Source: Polyangiaceae bacterium (lineage in GTDB: Bacteria > Myxococcota_A > Polyangia > Polyangiales > Polyangiaceae). Taken from it: DNA of 42,518 nt. The position numbers and the translations under genes were made by a program. The stretch's first letter is position 1. The number at the start of each line of letters is the position of its first letter. Below the pieces are notes generated by a model. It searched no databases and was not told the DNA's origin. It saw only the letters and a list, made by a program, of their open reading frames with translations. Shown piece after piece: positions 30,550 to 40,618 of the stretch. Location of the stretch: positions 1 to 42,518 of the forward strand of contig JBGANF010000061.1 in NCBI GenBank assembly GCA_044222475.1, in the 5' to 3' direction.

Positions 30550-31536
30550 ATGAAGCTGCAGGTCGCCGCATCGATCGGTCTCTTCACCGCTCTCCTCGCC
30601 CCGCTCGCCGCGGCCGACGCGAAGCCGCTCCCCAAGCCGGCCACGCCTCCGAGCCCCAACCGCAGCGTGCACCCTCCGACGGCGCTCCATCCGCAGCCGC
30701 ACTCGAAGAACGCGACGCCCCCTCCGCAGCTGCACTTGCCGCAACTCCCGCCGCCCGATCACAAAACGACGACCGGCGGAGGAAACACCACCGCGGTCAC
30801 GCCGCCGCCACCTTCGACGACCACCGCTGCGAAGCCCGCGACGCCAACCGCACCGCCCAAGCCTCCCTGCCTCAAGCAGCCGGTGTCGATCACCCGCGGC
30901 GTCGAAGAGGATCGCTTCTCCCTCACCAAGTGCGACGGAAGCGTCGCGCCCGAGTCGGTCGAGCACCTCTCGATCCTCGCCCGCTCGGGCGAGGCGCTGA
31001 AACCGGCTCAACCCGTTTCGGTCCTCGCCAAGGTCCCCGGCGACAACGTCGCTCCGGGGATTCGTCGGATCGACCCGCGTCTCGTCGAGCACCTCCAGCT
31101 CGTGGTCGACAAGTTCATGAAGACCGCGCAGACCCAGAAGCTCCACGTCATCTCGGGCTATCGCCCGGCGAGCGCGGGCAGCTACCACGCGTCCGCGCGC
31201 GCGATCGACTTCCGCATGGACGGCGTCTCCAACGAGGAGCTCGTTGCATTCTGCAAGACGCTGCCCGACACCGGGTGCGGCTACTACCCGAACAGCTCGT
31301 TCGTCCACATGGACGTGCGCGAGGCAGGCACCGGTCACGTGACGTGGATCGACGCGAGCGGACCGGGCGAAGCGCCGCGCTACGTTCCGACGTGGCCGCC
31401 GCCCAAGGTCGACCCGCCGACGTGGCTCCAGCAGCTCTTCGGGAAGCAGGACCTCCCGGCAGGCGCCGACGAAACGCCGGCCGATCCGAAGGCCGTGGCC
31501 GTCGTCCCGCCGCCGCCCGAGCCGCCCGAGCCGTGA
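30550..31536 (+). CDS. DUF882/YcbK (peptidase M15) family exported protein
   Basis: Signal peptide, Pro-rich linker, IDPRL, VISGYR, SYHASARAIDF, GYYPNSSFVHMDVR. Confidence 0.85.
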   Translation: MKLQVAASIGLFTALLAPLAAADAKPLPKPATPPSPNRSVHPPTALHPQPHSKNATPPPQLHLPQLPPPDHKTTTGGGNTTAVTPPPPSTTTAAKPATPTAPPKPPCLKQPVSITRGVEEDRFSLTKCDGSVAPESVEHLSILARSGEALKPAQPVSVLAKVPGDNVAPGIRRIDPRLVEHLQLVVDKFMKTAQTQKLHVISGYRPASAGSYHASARAIDFRMDGVSNEELVAFCKTLPDTGCGYYPNSSFVHMDVREAGTGHVTWIDASGPGEAPRYVPTWPPPKVDPPTWLQQLFGKQDLPAGADETPADPKAVAVVPPPPEPPEP

Positions 31537-31539
31537 GCC

Positions 31540-31995
31540 TCAGCGCGCGCGCAGCGCTTCGACCGCGCGGAGCACGTCGGTCACGTGCGCGTCGACGCGG
31601 ATCTCGTGATGGAACACGTGGCGCACGATGCTCGTCTTGTCCGCCACGAACGTCACCCGCTTCGGCACGCCGACCAGCGGCCAAAGCACCCCGAATTTTC
31701 GGGCGATCTCGCCGCGCTCGTCGCTGACCATCGGGAACGTGACCCCGGCCCACTCGGCGAACTTGCACTGCTGGATGTAGGTGTCGGTCGAGATGCCGAC
31801 GATCTCCGCGCCGGCGGCGGCGAGGCCCGGGTACTCGTCGCGGAAGGCCTTCGTCTCGCGCGTGCAGCCCGGCGTGAACGCTTTCGGGAAGAAATAGATG
31901 ACCGCGATGCGCCCGCGGAGAGCCACGGTCGACACCTTCGTCCCGTCGGTCCCCTGGACCTCGAACTCCGGAAGCGTCGCGCCGATCTCGATCAT
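31540..31995 (-). CDS. bcp: Peroxiredoxin, BCP/PrxQ family
   Basis: YFFPKAFTPGCTRE, IVGISTD, RVTFV. Confidence 0.9.
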   Translation of the reverse strand: MIEIGATLPEFEVQGTDGTKVSTVALRGRIAVIYFFPKAFTPGCTRETKAFRDEYPGLAAAGAEIVGISTDTYIQQCKFAEWAGVTFPMVSDERGEIARKFGVLWPLVGVPKRVTFVADKTSIVRHVFHHEIRVDAHVTDVLRAVEALRAR

Positions 31996-32054
31996 GTTTC
32001 CGAACCTGATGCTCGCACGAGCGACCTCGTTGCGTCTGCGGTACCATTCGGGGC

Positions 32055-32414
32055 GTGACGGAAGCGGACGACGGCAAGAGCGACGCCATCTTGGAGACGC
32101 TCTGGGATCGAGCGATCGAGGCGTGGGACGAGGACAAGGTCCACAATGCCCTCCTCGAGTTCGCCCTTCGCCGGCAGAAGCTCCCCGATTTGGCCGGCCG
32201 GTACCGGAAGGTCAAAGACGATCCGAAGCTCGGGCCGCGCGCGCAGAAGCGCCTCGACGCGATCGTCATCGCGGCCACGCAGATGATGATGCAGACGAAG
32301 ACGCCGAAGCGAACGTCGAACCCGCCGTGGCTCACCGCGAGCGCGGCGATCGTGTCGTTCCTGCTCCTCGGCGGGCTGGCCTACGCGATTTGGTTCTACG
32401 GCGGTCGGCACTAG
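32055..32414 (+). CDS. Hypothetical protein with C-terminal TM helix
   Basis: Helical N-terminus and hydrophobic C-terminus; TACCAT 7 nt upstream of the GTG. Confidence 0.7.
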   Translation: MTEADDGKSDAILETLWDRAIEAWDEDKVHNALLEFALRRQKLPDLAGRYRKVKDDPKLGPRAQKRLDAIVIAATQMMMQTKTPKRTSNPPWLTASAAIVSFLLLGGLAYAIWFYGGRH

Positions 32415-32419
32415 CTCCA

Positions 32420-33433
32420 TCACCACTTGAGCGCCTGATCCTCGGCGACGCCGTAGGCCCCGTCGATGTCGAGCGTGCGGCTCCCGAGCTTCACCTTCCC
32501 GAAGTAGCGCCCGGTCGGTTGGAGGAACTGCGTCGCAATGACTCCGTAGTCGCGCTTCTCGGTGAGCACGGCGCCCGGCTCGAACCGCAGGTCGACCGAG
32601 CCGTCGGGGGTGCCGACGCGCCAGGGCTCGAGGGGGCGGTCGCGATCGAAGGTGATGCGCCCCTCGGGGAGCGGGTGCGTGTCCCCGAACGCGAATGCGG
32701 CGCACTCGGCTTCGCCCACGAACCCATCGACGAGGTTGAGCGCGAACGGCTCACCGTGGACGTCCTTCCCCAGCGCGAACGCCCAACGCCAGCGCGTGTC
32801 GCGCGCGAGCACGCCGAAGGTGCTGTCGTATCCGCCCCACCCGCCGTCGAGGTCGATGCGCTCGCCGAAAGCCGTGAGCGTCCCGCTCACCGGGAACGGC
32901 CCGCGCTTCTCGGTCACGTTCACGAGCCCGCCGGGGATCTTGGCGACGGCGGTGATCGAGCGAGGCACCGTGCGCGGATCGAGCGAGGCCTCGAGCTGGA
33001 TGCCGAGCGAGCCGCTCGTCTTCGCGCTCACCACCATCGGCTCGGTCGCGTCGTTCGTGTTCGCGCGCCGCACCGTCACGCTGAGCGGCTTGGAGATGAA
33101 CCGAGCGTACCGGTGCTCGTCCAGATCGCCGAACCGCAGGGCGAGCGGCGTTCGGATCACGGTCCGCTCCTGCACGAACCGGCGACTGCGCCCGTCGTAG
33201 AGGTGGATGAATGCGCTCGAGAGGTAACCGAGGTGGACCATCGCGAGCGTCACCACCCACGGCTCGCGGACGACGATGACGTAGACCCAGCGCTTGCGCC
33301 GGAACCGCGACGTCAGGGGGCCGCTCACGTGCGAGAGGTCGACACGGGGAAACGCTCCGCGGTAAGATCCGAAGCGAATCGTCTTCCGTTCGTCGATGAC
33401 CGCGTCCGGCACCTCCGTCAGCGTGCGAGTCAT
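32420..33433 (-). CDS. DUF2804 family protein
   Basis: RKRWVY, LGYL, TRWRWA, PWRV, VDLRFEP, FLQPTGRYFG, GVAEDQ..KW. Confidence 0.75.
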   Translation of the reverse strand: MTRTLTEVPDAVIDERKTIRFGSYRGAFPRVDLSHVSGPLTSRFRRKRWVYVIVVREPWVVTLAMVHLGYLSSAFIHLYDGRSRRFVQERTVIRTPLALRFGDLDEHRYARFISKPLSVTVRRANTNDATEPMVVSAKTSGSLGIQLEASLDPRTVPRSITAVAKIPGGLVNVTEKRGPFPVSGTLTAFGERIDLDGGWGGYDSTFGVLARDTRWRWAFALGKDVHGEPFALNLVDGFVGEAECAAFAFGDTHPLPEGRITFDRDRPLEPWRVGTPDGSVDLRFEPGAVLTEKRDYGVIATQFLQPTGRYFGKVKLGSRTLDIDGAYGVAEDQALKW

Positions 33434-33449
33434 GACCCTGCATTGAACC

Positions 33450-33977
33450 ATGACTTTCGCTCGGACACTCTTCTTGTTCCTCGGTATTTCTTCAGCCTCG
33501 CTTGCCGCGGCGTGCACGCGCGCAGACGAGGACAAGCCGCTCCCCGCGCGGCCCGATCCCGCCGCGTCCGCGACGGCGCCCGTCGAGCCGGCCGGAAAGG
33601 TCGAGATCGTCCACGCCGATCGCGGCGAGGTGCACACGGTCGTGCGCACCCAGCTCGACCTCGCGAGCTCGAAGAAGCGCCAGGTGCTCGTGTACATCGG
33701 GGCAAAATGGTGCGAGCCGTGCCAGCGCTTCCATCGCGCGGTCGAGCAGGGCAAGCTCGACGGCACGTTCCCGTTCCTCACCCTCGTCGAGTTCGATCTC
33801 GACGCCGACGGCAAGCGCCTCGAGATGGACGGCTACGCGACGACCTACATCCCGTACTTCGGCGTGCCGAACACGGACGGGCGCGCGAGCGGTCGCGGCA
33901 TCTCGGGATCGATCAAGGGGGAGGGCGCCGTCGACGACATCACGCCGCGCCTCCTCGCGCTCCTCGACGGTCGCTGA
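33450..33977 (+). CDS. Thioredoxin-like lipoprotein
   Basis: LAAAC lipobox; YIGAKWCEPC; YIP cis-Pro motif. Confidence 0.85.
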   Translation: MTFARTLFLFLGISSASLAAACTRADEDKPLPARPDPAASATAPVEPAGKVEIVHADRGEVHTVVRTQLDLASSKKRQVLVYIGAKWCEPCQRFHRAVEQGKLDGTFPFLTLVEFDLDADGKRLEMDGYATTYIPYFGVPNTDGRASGRGISGSIKGEGAVDDITPRLLALLDGR

Positions 33978-33981
33978 TTCG

Positions 33982-34803
33982 ATGCCGGAGCTCCCCGAGG
34001 TCGAGTACACGCGCCGCAACCTCGATCGCTGGATGCGCGGCGCCACCATAGACGCGGCGATCGTCCGCGACGCGAAGGCGGTCAAACCTTCGGCCGCCGC
34101 GTTCGTGCGCGGCGTCGAGGGTCGCAAGGTGCGTGCGCTCGAGCGACGCGGGAAATGGCTTCGATTCACGCTCGACGACGGATCGCTCGTGTTCGCTCAC
34201 CTCGGCATGACCGGTTGGTTCGAGCTCGCCGAAGCGGGCGGGGTGGCGCGGCGCTTCGAGCGCGTCGCTTTCGACGTGTCTCGTCGCGGGAAGAAGCTTC
34301 GCGTGTCGTACGTGGACGCGCGCCGACTCGGAGGGCTCGCGCTGGCGCACGAAGACACGAAGACGTGGAAGAAGCTCGGGCCCGATCCGGAGATCGAGGG
34401 CATCGACGTCGCGCGGCTGCGGGCCGAGCTCGCCGCGGAGAAGAAGCGCACGATCAAGGAGGTCCTCCTCGACCAGACCGTGCTCGCCGGCATCGGCAAC
34501 ATCCAGTCGGTCGAGGCGCTGTGGAAGGCGGGCATCGATCCGCGTACGCGGGCGAGCAAACTCGGGGCGAAGGACGTCGCCGCGCTCGCGCGCGGTCTCC
34601 GGTGGACGATCGATCGCACCCTCGCCGATCTGGCGACGCGAGGCTCCGCGGCCGAGACGCTCGTGAGCGCCGGCGCGAAGAACCCGTTCACGATCTACGG
34701 TCGCAAAGGGACACCGTGCCCGCGGTGCAAGGCGACGCTCGCGCGCATCGAGCTCGGCGGACGGACGACGACGTTCTGCCCGGGTTGCCAGAAGCGGCGC
34801 TAG
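33982..34803 (+). CDS. mutM: Formamidopyrimidine-DNA glycosylase (Fpg/Nei family)
   Basis: MPELPEVE, RRGKW, HLGMTG, LGPD, LLDQ..AGIGNI, CPRC...CPGCQ zinc finger. Confidence 0.93.
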   Translation: MPELPEVEYTRRNLDRWMRGATIDAAIVRDAKAVKPSAAAFVRGVEGRKVRALERRGKWLRFTLDDGSLVFAHLGMTGWFELAEAGGVARRFERVAFDVSRRGKKLRVSYVDARRLGGLALAHEDTKTWKKLGPDPEIEGIDVARLRAELAAEKKRTIKEVLLDQTVLAGIGNIQSVEALWKAGIDPRTRASKLGAKDVAALARGLRWTIDRTLADLATRGSAAETLVSAGAKNPFTIYGRKGTPCPRCKATLARIELGGRTTTFCPGCQKRR

Positions 34804-35129
34804 GCCTTCTTCGGCTTGGCCTTCGGAGCCGCGAGGGCATGAGAGTCGGCGAGGATGCGCTTCACCAGTGCGGCGTCGAGCTTCGGGAGCACCAGCGTCG
34901 TGTAGCCCATGCGGCCCCATCCTCCGGCGACCGGAAAGATCGTGCCGTCGTGCTCCTCCGCCAGCTCGGCCTGCACGTCGAGGGGAAGGATCACGTTGGC
35001 TTCCTTGCCGTCGGCGGTGAGCGTCGCGAAGATCTTCCGCGTGGTGCGAAACGCCATGCGATCCATGTGAGGCACCGCCACCGCGCCGGCGAACGACAGC
35101 GCGAGCTTGCGAAACGCCGCTCCGGTCAT
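34800..35129 (-). CDS. MmcQ/YjbR family protein
   Basis: FRKLALS, HM..AFR..KIFATL, GGWGRMGYT; ATGA overlap with the GH31 gene. Confidence 0.8.
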   Translation of the reverse strand: MTGAAFRKLALSFAGAVAVPHMDRMAFRTTRKIFATLTADGKEANVILPLDVQAELAEEHDGTIFPVAGGWGRMGYTTLVLPKLDAALVKRILADSHALAAPKAKPKKA

Positions 35130-36925
35130 TGGAGCTCGATCGTCGTCGGCGTGGTCGCGGCCGCGACCTTGATCCACACGTAGGGAGCTTCCACGAAGTA
35201 CCCCTCGGTCGCTGCGTCGAGATCACCGCGCGTCACCTTGACGTCGAGCGCCCCGCCGTTCTTCTTCACGCTGGTCGCGCCGGTCTTCGCTTGCACGCGG
35301 AAGATCGTCGTCTTCTTCAGCGCCGTCGCGGTGAGCTGCACCGTCGCTCCCTTGGTCGCGCCGAAGGTCGACTTCGACCCGTCGGCATCGACGAGCTCGA
35401 ACGACGAGCTCGCCGCAGGGACGACGAGGACGGTCAGCGCGCCCTTCGACGCGGCCGTGCCGAGACCGTTCTCCGCGTCGACGACGTCGAGCGGAAGGAT
35501 CGCGCCCGCCCGGAGAAACAGCGGGAGCCGCTGGTGATCGGTCGCGTCGTAGCCGGTGATCGTGGTGCCCGCGGCGTGCTCCGTCCCGGTCCAGAAATCG
35601 ACCCAGTCGGCGTCGCTCGGGAGCTTCACGTCTCTCTTGGCTCCGGGGGCCACCATCGGCGCGACGAGGAGCGTCGTACCAAGTTGGTACCGGAAGTCTC
35701 CCGCCCACGACGCCGGGTTCGGGTCGACCGGGACGACGACGCTCTTCTTGCTCGCCCACGCGCGCTCGGTCTCGCTGGCGAAGAACGGGATCATCGCCGT
35801 GTGGAGCTTCGCCCAGAAGCGGTACACCGGGACGGTCTCTTCCTTCGTCTCGCCGGGGACGGTCCACGGCGTGAGGTTCGCGCGCCCGTGGAGCTGCATG
35901 AACGGCGTCAGCGCGCCCATCGCGATCCAGCGGTGGAAGTTCTCGACGTCGAACGGGATCTCCGGACCTCCCAAGTTCTTGTCGTCGAGGTTGAGGTAAC
36001 CACCCACGTCCGATCCGAGCACGGCGTAGCCCGCGAGCGCGGAGCGGAACATCTCGTCGAGCGCGTCGGCGATGCCGACCCAGTCGCGCCGGTTGTCGCC
36101 CATCCACGCGACCGGTGCATCCTCTCGCTTGGCGAAGAAGCGCGGCTTGTGCTGGTACGACTCGTCGTAGGCGCGCACCATCGTCAAGAACTCCGGCCCG
36201 CGCTTCTTCCGGCCGTACGCGAGGAAGTCGACGTAGTAGCTCTCGCTGTAGGTCTGCAGCGGCACCGTGCCCGCGAAGGTCTTCACCGGGTCACGCGAGA
36301 TGTAGCTCTCGCCGAAGTCGAGCTTCCAGCCGTCGATCCCCATGTCGAGGACGGTGTCGGTGAGGCGGTGGAGCCACGCGGCCGCGTCCGGGTTGGAGAA
36401 GTCGATCGCCGATCCGTAGCCCTTCCACCAGAAGTAGCTCGCGCCTTCGTCGGTGTAGTAGCCGCACTTCAGTCCTTCGTCGTAGTTCGGGGAGGGACCA
36501 TCGTAGAGGTCGCCGCCGGGCTCCGAGTCGAGGCCGGAGCTGTTCATCATCGAGGTCGTCCAGAGGACGACCTTCACGCCCTGCGCGTGCATGTCACCGA
36601 CCATCTTCGCGAAGGCGGGGTAGCGCGTCGGGTTGGGTACGTACGTGTTGTAGTGGGTCTCCCACGGGCTATCGAGGACGACGGCGCCCACCGGGATGTC
36701 CCTGGACTTGAACCCGCCCACGAAGTCGTAGGTGTCGGGACCGGTGGAGATGTCCTTCGAGATCCACGGCTCGAACGCCCAGCGCGGGGTGCGCGGCTCG
36801 TTCGGCGTCAGCGCGTCGCGGTCCGTGCGCTTGCACGGGTCGGGCGGCGTGGTCACTGGATCGGAGGAGCAAGCAAGGGCGGCGATCAAGCCTGCGGGGA
36901 TGGCAACGTGCCGGACGCGCACCAT
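35126..36925 (-). CDS. Glycoside hydrolase family 31 lipoprotein
   Basis: ALAC lipobox; DIP..VVLDSPW, IDGWKLDFGE (nucleophile), WMGDN, GSDVGGY, PFMQLHG, LLVAP, PLFLRAGAILP. Confidence 0.9.
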   Translation of the reverse strand: MVRVRHVAIPAGLIAALACSSDPVTTPPDPCKRTDRDALTPNEPRTPRWAFEPWISKDISTGPDTYDFVGGFKSRDIPVGAVVLDSPWETHYNTYVPNPTRYPAFAKMVGDMHAQGVKVVLWTTSMMNSSGLDSEPGGDLYDGPSPNYDEGLKCGYYTDEGASYFWWKGYGSAIDFSNPDAAAWLHRLTDTVLDMGIDGWKLDFGESYISRDPVKTFAGTVPLQTYSESYYVDFLAYGRKKRGPEFLTMVRAYDESYQHKPRFFAKREDAPVAWMGDNRRDWVGIADALDEMFRSALAGYAVLGSDVGGYLNLDDKNLGGPEIPFDVENFHRWIAMGALTPFMQLHGRANLTPWTVPGETKEETVPVYRFWAKLHTAMIPFFASETERAWASKKSVVVPVDPNPASWAGDFRYQLGTTLLVAPMVAPGAKRDVKLPSDADWVDFWTGTEHAAGTTITGYDATDHQRLPLFLRAGAILPLDVVDAENGLGTAASKGALTVLVVPAASSSFELVDADGSKSTFGATKGATVQLTATALKKTTIFRVQAKTGATSVKKNGGALDVKVTRGDLDAATEGYFVEAPYVWIKVAAATTPTTIELQ

Positions 36926-37022
36926 GTGGGCCAGCATCCTAGCAGTGCAAAGAAACGTTGTCGGGCGTGCAACCACAGGAATCTTTCGTATGTTTGACCC
37001 GTAGGATCGGAGTAGCGGAACC

Positions 37023-37487
37023 ATGAGCGAGAACGCCAAAGCCGAAGTGCCGTACAAGCGCCCGTCCATTCCTGGGTGGCTCATTCCGCTGGCGATTGGA
37101 CCGTTCATCACGGCCTATGGCGCGGTCGCTGCGTATTCGCAGCTCGGGCCGCTGCCTGACTACGTCCCTCGCACGGCGTTCCTGGTCGTTGGGCTCGCGG
37201 TGGCGTCTCTGTGGGCGCCGATCTTCGCGATTCTCCAGGGCGCGGTCGATCTCCTCCTCCTCGCGGTGCGCTTCCGCGCCCTCGAGAATGGCCTCCGGGC
37301 CTGGGGGCGTGCGCTCCTCGCGCCGGCGATCCCTCTCGCCAGCTACATGCTCTACTCACCCCACAAGTGGTGGAAGCTCGGACCTTGGACGGTAGCTGGC
37401 GCTATGCTCGTACCGATGGTGCTGTCCGCGGTGGTGGTGCCGCTCTTCTTCGGTCGATCCACCGGCGCGAGCGCCCAACGCCAGTAG
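37023..37487 (+). CDS. Hypothetical membrane protein
   Basis: About 4 hydrophobic segments; fills the gap between neighbouring genes. Confidence 0.7.
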   Translation: MSENAKAEVPYKRPSIPGWLIPLAIGPFITAYGAVAAYSQLGPLPDYVPRTAFLVVGLAVASLWAPIFAILQGAVDLLLLAVRFRALENGLRAWGRALLAPAIPLASYMLYSPHKWWKLGPWTVAGAMLVPMVLSAVVVPLFFGRSTGASAQRQ

Positions 37488-37589
37488 CCCAGCAGAAGAG
37501 CGCGCAGCGCGACAAATCGTCTCGGCGTCCCCTCTTTCTCCGCCTGACGGATCCGGGGCGACGGTACCATGAGTGATCGTGGAGGTCCC

Positions 37590-38546
37590 GTGACGAAAGC
37601 TCGACTTTGCCTGGTGGCGGCGGTGGGGGTGCTCGCGGCCTGTGGGGGACTCGCTGCCTGCGGCAGCGACGACGGCAGCACGTTCGACCCGAACGGCGAC
37701 GGCGGCGGAAACAACGGAGACGCGAGCGTGAACGGCGACAGCCCGTTCGGAAACCTCGACGGCTTCGGCGGCGGCGACGGAACCACCAACGGCGACGGCG
37801 CCGCGTGCAACGCCCCGGTCGACATGTTCATCATGCAGGACCGCTCGGGCAGCATGGGTGCAGACTGCAACATTGGCGACACCACCGCGTCCAAGTGGTG
37901 TCGCGCGATCAACGCGCTGTCGGGCTACTTCAACTCGCCGAGCGCCGCCGGCAACGCCGCCGCGCTCCAGTTCTTCCCGCTGAGCAACCACACGAGCGCG
38001 CTCTGCACGACCGGCGCCGGGTACGACATCGCGGCATCTCCGACGCCGCCGCCGGCCTACACCACCTTGCCGACGAACTCGTTCGACGGGCTCCTCAACA
38101 GCACGAACGACAACGGCGGAAATACCCCGACCGAAGCGGCCATCCGCGGGCTGACCAAGTTCACGGCTGGCAACCGCCGACCTGGCAAGGTGACCATCGG
38201 GATCCTGATCACCGACGGCGATCCGAACGGCTGCAGCACGAACCTGACCACGCTCTCGAACCTGCTGCAGACTCACTTCACCGCGACGACCCTCCGCACG
38301 TACGTCATCGGAATGACCGGGGCGAACTTCGGGAACCTCGAGCAGATCGCCCAGGGCGGCAACGCGCCGCTCCACCCGGACGTCGTCGGCGGCCTCACCG
38401 ACGCGTGCGGCAACGGCGCCGGCCCCTGCCGCCACTGGAACGTCGGCGACGGCGATCCGAAGGCGTTCATCGCCGCGCTCGCCGCCATTCAAGAGTCGGC
38501 CGACGGCTGCAAGGACGGCGGCGGGACGATCAACCCGCCGAACTGA
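37590..38546 (+). CDS. vWA-domain lipoprotein (CglB-like architecture)
   Basis: GGAGG SD, LAAC lipobox, DG-rich linker, MIDAS motif DRSGSM, TPT, ILITDGDP, TYVIG. Confidence 0.85.
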   Translation: MTKARLCLVAAVGVLAACGGLAACGSDDGSTFDPNGDGGGNNGDASVNGDSPFGNLDGFGGGDGTTNGDGAACNAPVDMFIMQDRSGSMGADCNIGDTTASKWCRAINALSGYFNSPSAAGNAAALQFFPLSNHTSALCTTGAGYDIAASPTPPPAYTTLPTNSFDGLLNSTNDNGGNTPTEAAIRGLTKFTAGNRRPGKVTIGILITDGDPNGCSTNLTTLSNLLQTHFTATTLRTYVIGMTGANFGNLEQIAQGGNAPLHPDVVGGLTDACGNGAGPCRHWNVGDGDPKAFIAALAAIQESADGCKDGGGTINPPN

Positions 38547-38547
38547 G

Positions 38548-39291
38548 TCAGCTTCGCGAGTTTGCCGCGCCCAGCATCGCGGCAGCGACTCCGAGCAGCA
38601 CGCCGCCCACCGCGACGGCGGTGTTGGTGTCGTTCATTTGCGCGTCGGCGGCCGCGTTCTGCGCGCGTTGCTCGGCGCGCCAACAGGCGTCGCACCAGAG
38701 GCCGTTGCCGACGATGTTGGCGCGGTTGGCGGCCAGCGGCTGATGGCACGAGGTGCACTCGATCATGCCCTCGGTCGCGGGGGCGGTCTCCTTGCGGAGC
38801 AGGCGAACGAGCGCTTCGAGCTCGCGCGCGTCGAACCACGTGCCGTGATCGGGGCACACGTCGAGCTCGAGACCGTGAACGCGTGATCGATCGAGGACGG
38901 CTGGGCACTCGGCGCACGTGGGCTTGTCGATCTTTCCGCGCGAGCCCGAGGCGCCGGCGGCCGCCCGCCGTGCGAGATCCGCGAACACGCTCTCGGGGTT
39001 CGAGAGCACCTTGCTGGCGGACGCGTTGTCGATCCAGATGCCGCCGCACGCGCCGCAGCCCGAGAGCGAGACTCCGAGCGCGACGACGGTCACGAGGCGC
39101 TTCTTGCAGTGCGGGCAGCGCCGCTCGCCGCCGATCGCGGGGGCCGTTTGCGCGACCTGATGCACGACGGCGACGGGGACCGCGACCATGACCTCTTTGG
39201 GAGCGGGCGCGTTCGTCGCGTCGCAGAACTCGCACTTGACCGCGGTCGCGCCGAGCTCGATCGGACCGCCACAGTTGGAGCAGTGAGCCAT
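38548..39291 (-). CDS. Multi zinc-ribbon protein (zf-TFIIB-like)
   Basis: CPHC..CGACGGIWID and CAEC..CPDHGTWFDARELE, plus two further CxxC pairs. Confidence 0.8.
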   Translation of the reverse strand: MAHCSNCGGPIELGATAVKCEFCDATNAPAPKEVMVAVPVAVVHQVAQTAPAIGGERRCPHCKKRLVTVVALGVSLSGCGACGGIWIDNASASKVLSNPESVFADLARRAAAGASGSRGKIDKPTCAECPAVLDRSRVHGLELDVCPDHGTWFDARELEALVRLLRKETAPATEGMIECTSCHQPLAANRANIVGNGLWCDACWRAEQRAQNAAADAQMNDTNTAVAVGGVLLGVAAAMLGAANSRS

Positions 39292-39305
39292 CACGGCTCA
39301 CGCTA

Positions 39306-40079
39306 TCACGGGCACTTCGCGAGATCCGAGTCGAGGGTTGCTGGGTTCGCGGCTGGGCTCGCGTGGCGATAGAGGACGTTCCAGTGGCAGATGCGCACCG
39401 GATCCTGGCGTCTCAGCTCGTCGTAGATCGCCCTGGTCTCGGGGTACTTCGCGCGCTCGTCGTAGGCCTGCGCGAGTAGCTCGAGGAGCGTCGTGACCAT
39501 CGGCGGATCGCCGTGCAAGCGGCGGATGAACGCCAACGCCTCCGCCGGCGTGCGATCGCTCGCGAACGAAGCGGGTAGCTCGGCCAGCGCGAGATTGCGG
39601 AAGGTCTTCGCGTCTTGGCTGATCCAGGTCACGCGGTTGAATGCGTCGAGCCCATCCTCGAGCTCACCGAGGAGCCAGTGGACCCGCGCGAGCTTGAACG
39701 CGGCGGCCTCGCGAAAGATGGCGGCCTTGTAGTGAGCCTTCGCGAGCGCGAGCTTCGCCGGATCGTACGGGGGCTTGCCGACCTCGAGGTCGCCGAGCGC
39801 GATGAGAGCGTCGGGCACGAAGCGAGATCCCGGGTGAGCGCCGAGGAACGCCGACAGCGCCGCGGAGAGCGCGGCGTTGCCTTCCTTCTCGTGTGCGAGC
39901 ACGGCTTGATACTCGGCGGCCTCGTCGACCGGCGGTGGCGTCCCGCTGTCTTCCATGGCCGAGGTGGTGGGTGCCGCGTCGGGGACGACGGGTGGTGGGT
40001 CTGCAGGCGCCACATTCACTTGGCGAGCGCCACACGCCGCGAGGGCGAGCCCAATCACGACCCCGAACACGCGCCTCAT
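39306..40079 (-). CDS. TPR-like lipoprotein
   Basis: LAAC lipobox; FLGAHPGSRFVPDALIALGD and AAFKLARVHW TPR-like helices. Confidence 0.75.
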   Translation of the reverse strand: MRRVFGVVIGLALAACGARQVNVAPADPPPVVPDAAPTTSAMEDSGTPPPVDEAAEYQAVLAHEKEGNAALSAALSAFLGAHPGSRFVPDALIALGDLEVGKPPYDPAKLALAKAHYKAAIFREAAAFKLARVHWLLGELEDGLDAFNRVTWISQDAKTFRNLALAELPASFASDRTPAEALAFIRRLHGDPPMVTTLLELLAQAYDERAKYPETRAIYDELRRQDPVRICHWNVLYRHASPAANPATLDSDLAKCP

Positions 40080-40618
40080 CGAGCCCTCTGTATCGTAGTA
40101 AAGAGGCTGGGGATCTCCGTCGACGATCGCAATCGATGTAGAGTGCAATCGAGCTGCGAGAAGCGCTGGGTCCAGACACGCTGGCGTTCACGATGGCTCG
40201 AGACCATCCAGCCGAACAGGTTGTCGTCGTTCCACTCGAAGCGGCCTCCGCGCAAGCGGACGATCGGAAGCAGCCGGCGCAGCGACTCGCGGTTGCCGTT
40301 CCACAGGACCTCGCCCGTCGCGAGGCGGCGGGCCGATCGAAGAACGACGCGCGGCAGCACCACGCGCAGCGGGAAGTCGAGCCACACGATGTGCTCGGCG
40401 CGACCGTGCACGAGTGGGTGGTTCCCGTCGACGACCCAGTGATCGCCGCGCGTGGCTTCGTCGACCCGTGCGTCGAACGTCGCCTTGTCGGTGCGTGACC
40501 ACTTCTCGCCCCACAGGAAACGATCGAGCTCGATGTGCGGCGCATCGAAGCGCCGCGCGAGCTCGCGGGCGAGCGTCGACTTCCCCGAGCCAGAGGGGCC
40601 GACGACGCAGATCTTCAT
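40076..40618 (-). CDS. Adenylate-kinase-like P-loop protein (FlaR/topology-modulation family)
   Basis: MKICVVGPSGSGKSTLA, HIELD..W...W, WVVDGN, IVWLDFP, GNRES. Confidence 0.85.
   Translation of the reverse strand: MKICVVGPSGSGKSTLARELARRFDAPHIELDRFLWGEKWSRTDKATFDARVDEATRGDHWVVDGNHPLVHGRAEHIVWLDFPLRVVLPRVVLRSARRLATGEVLWNGNRESLRRLLPIVRLRGGRFEWNDDNLFGWMVSSHRERQRVWTQRFSQLDCTLHRLRSSTEIPSLFTTIQRAR

Noticed and set aside
37590..38546. Naming the vWA lipoprotein cglB
   Set aside because: The architecture is similar, but such vWA lipoproteins are multi-copy in myxobacteria and no gliding-motility genes flank it. Orthology cannot be shown.
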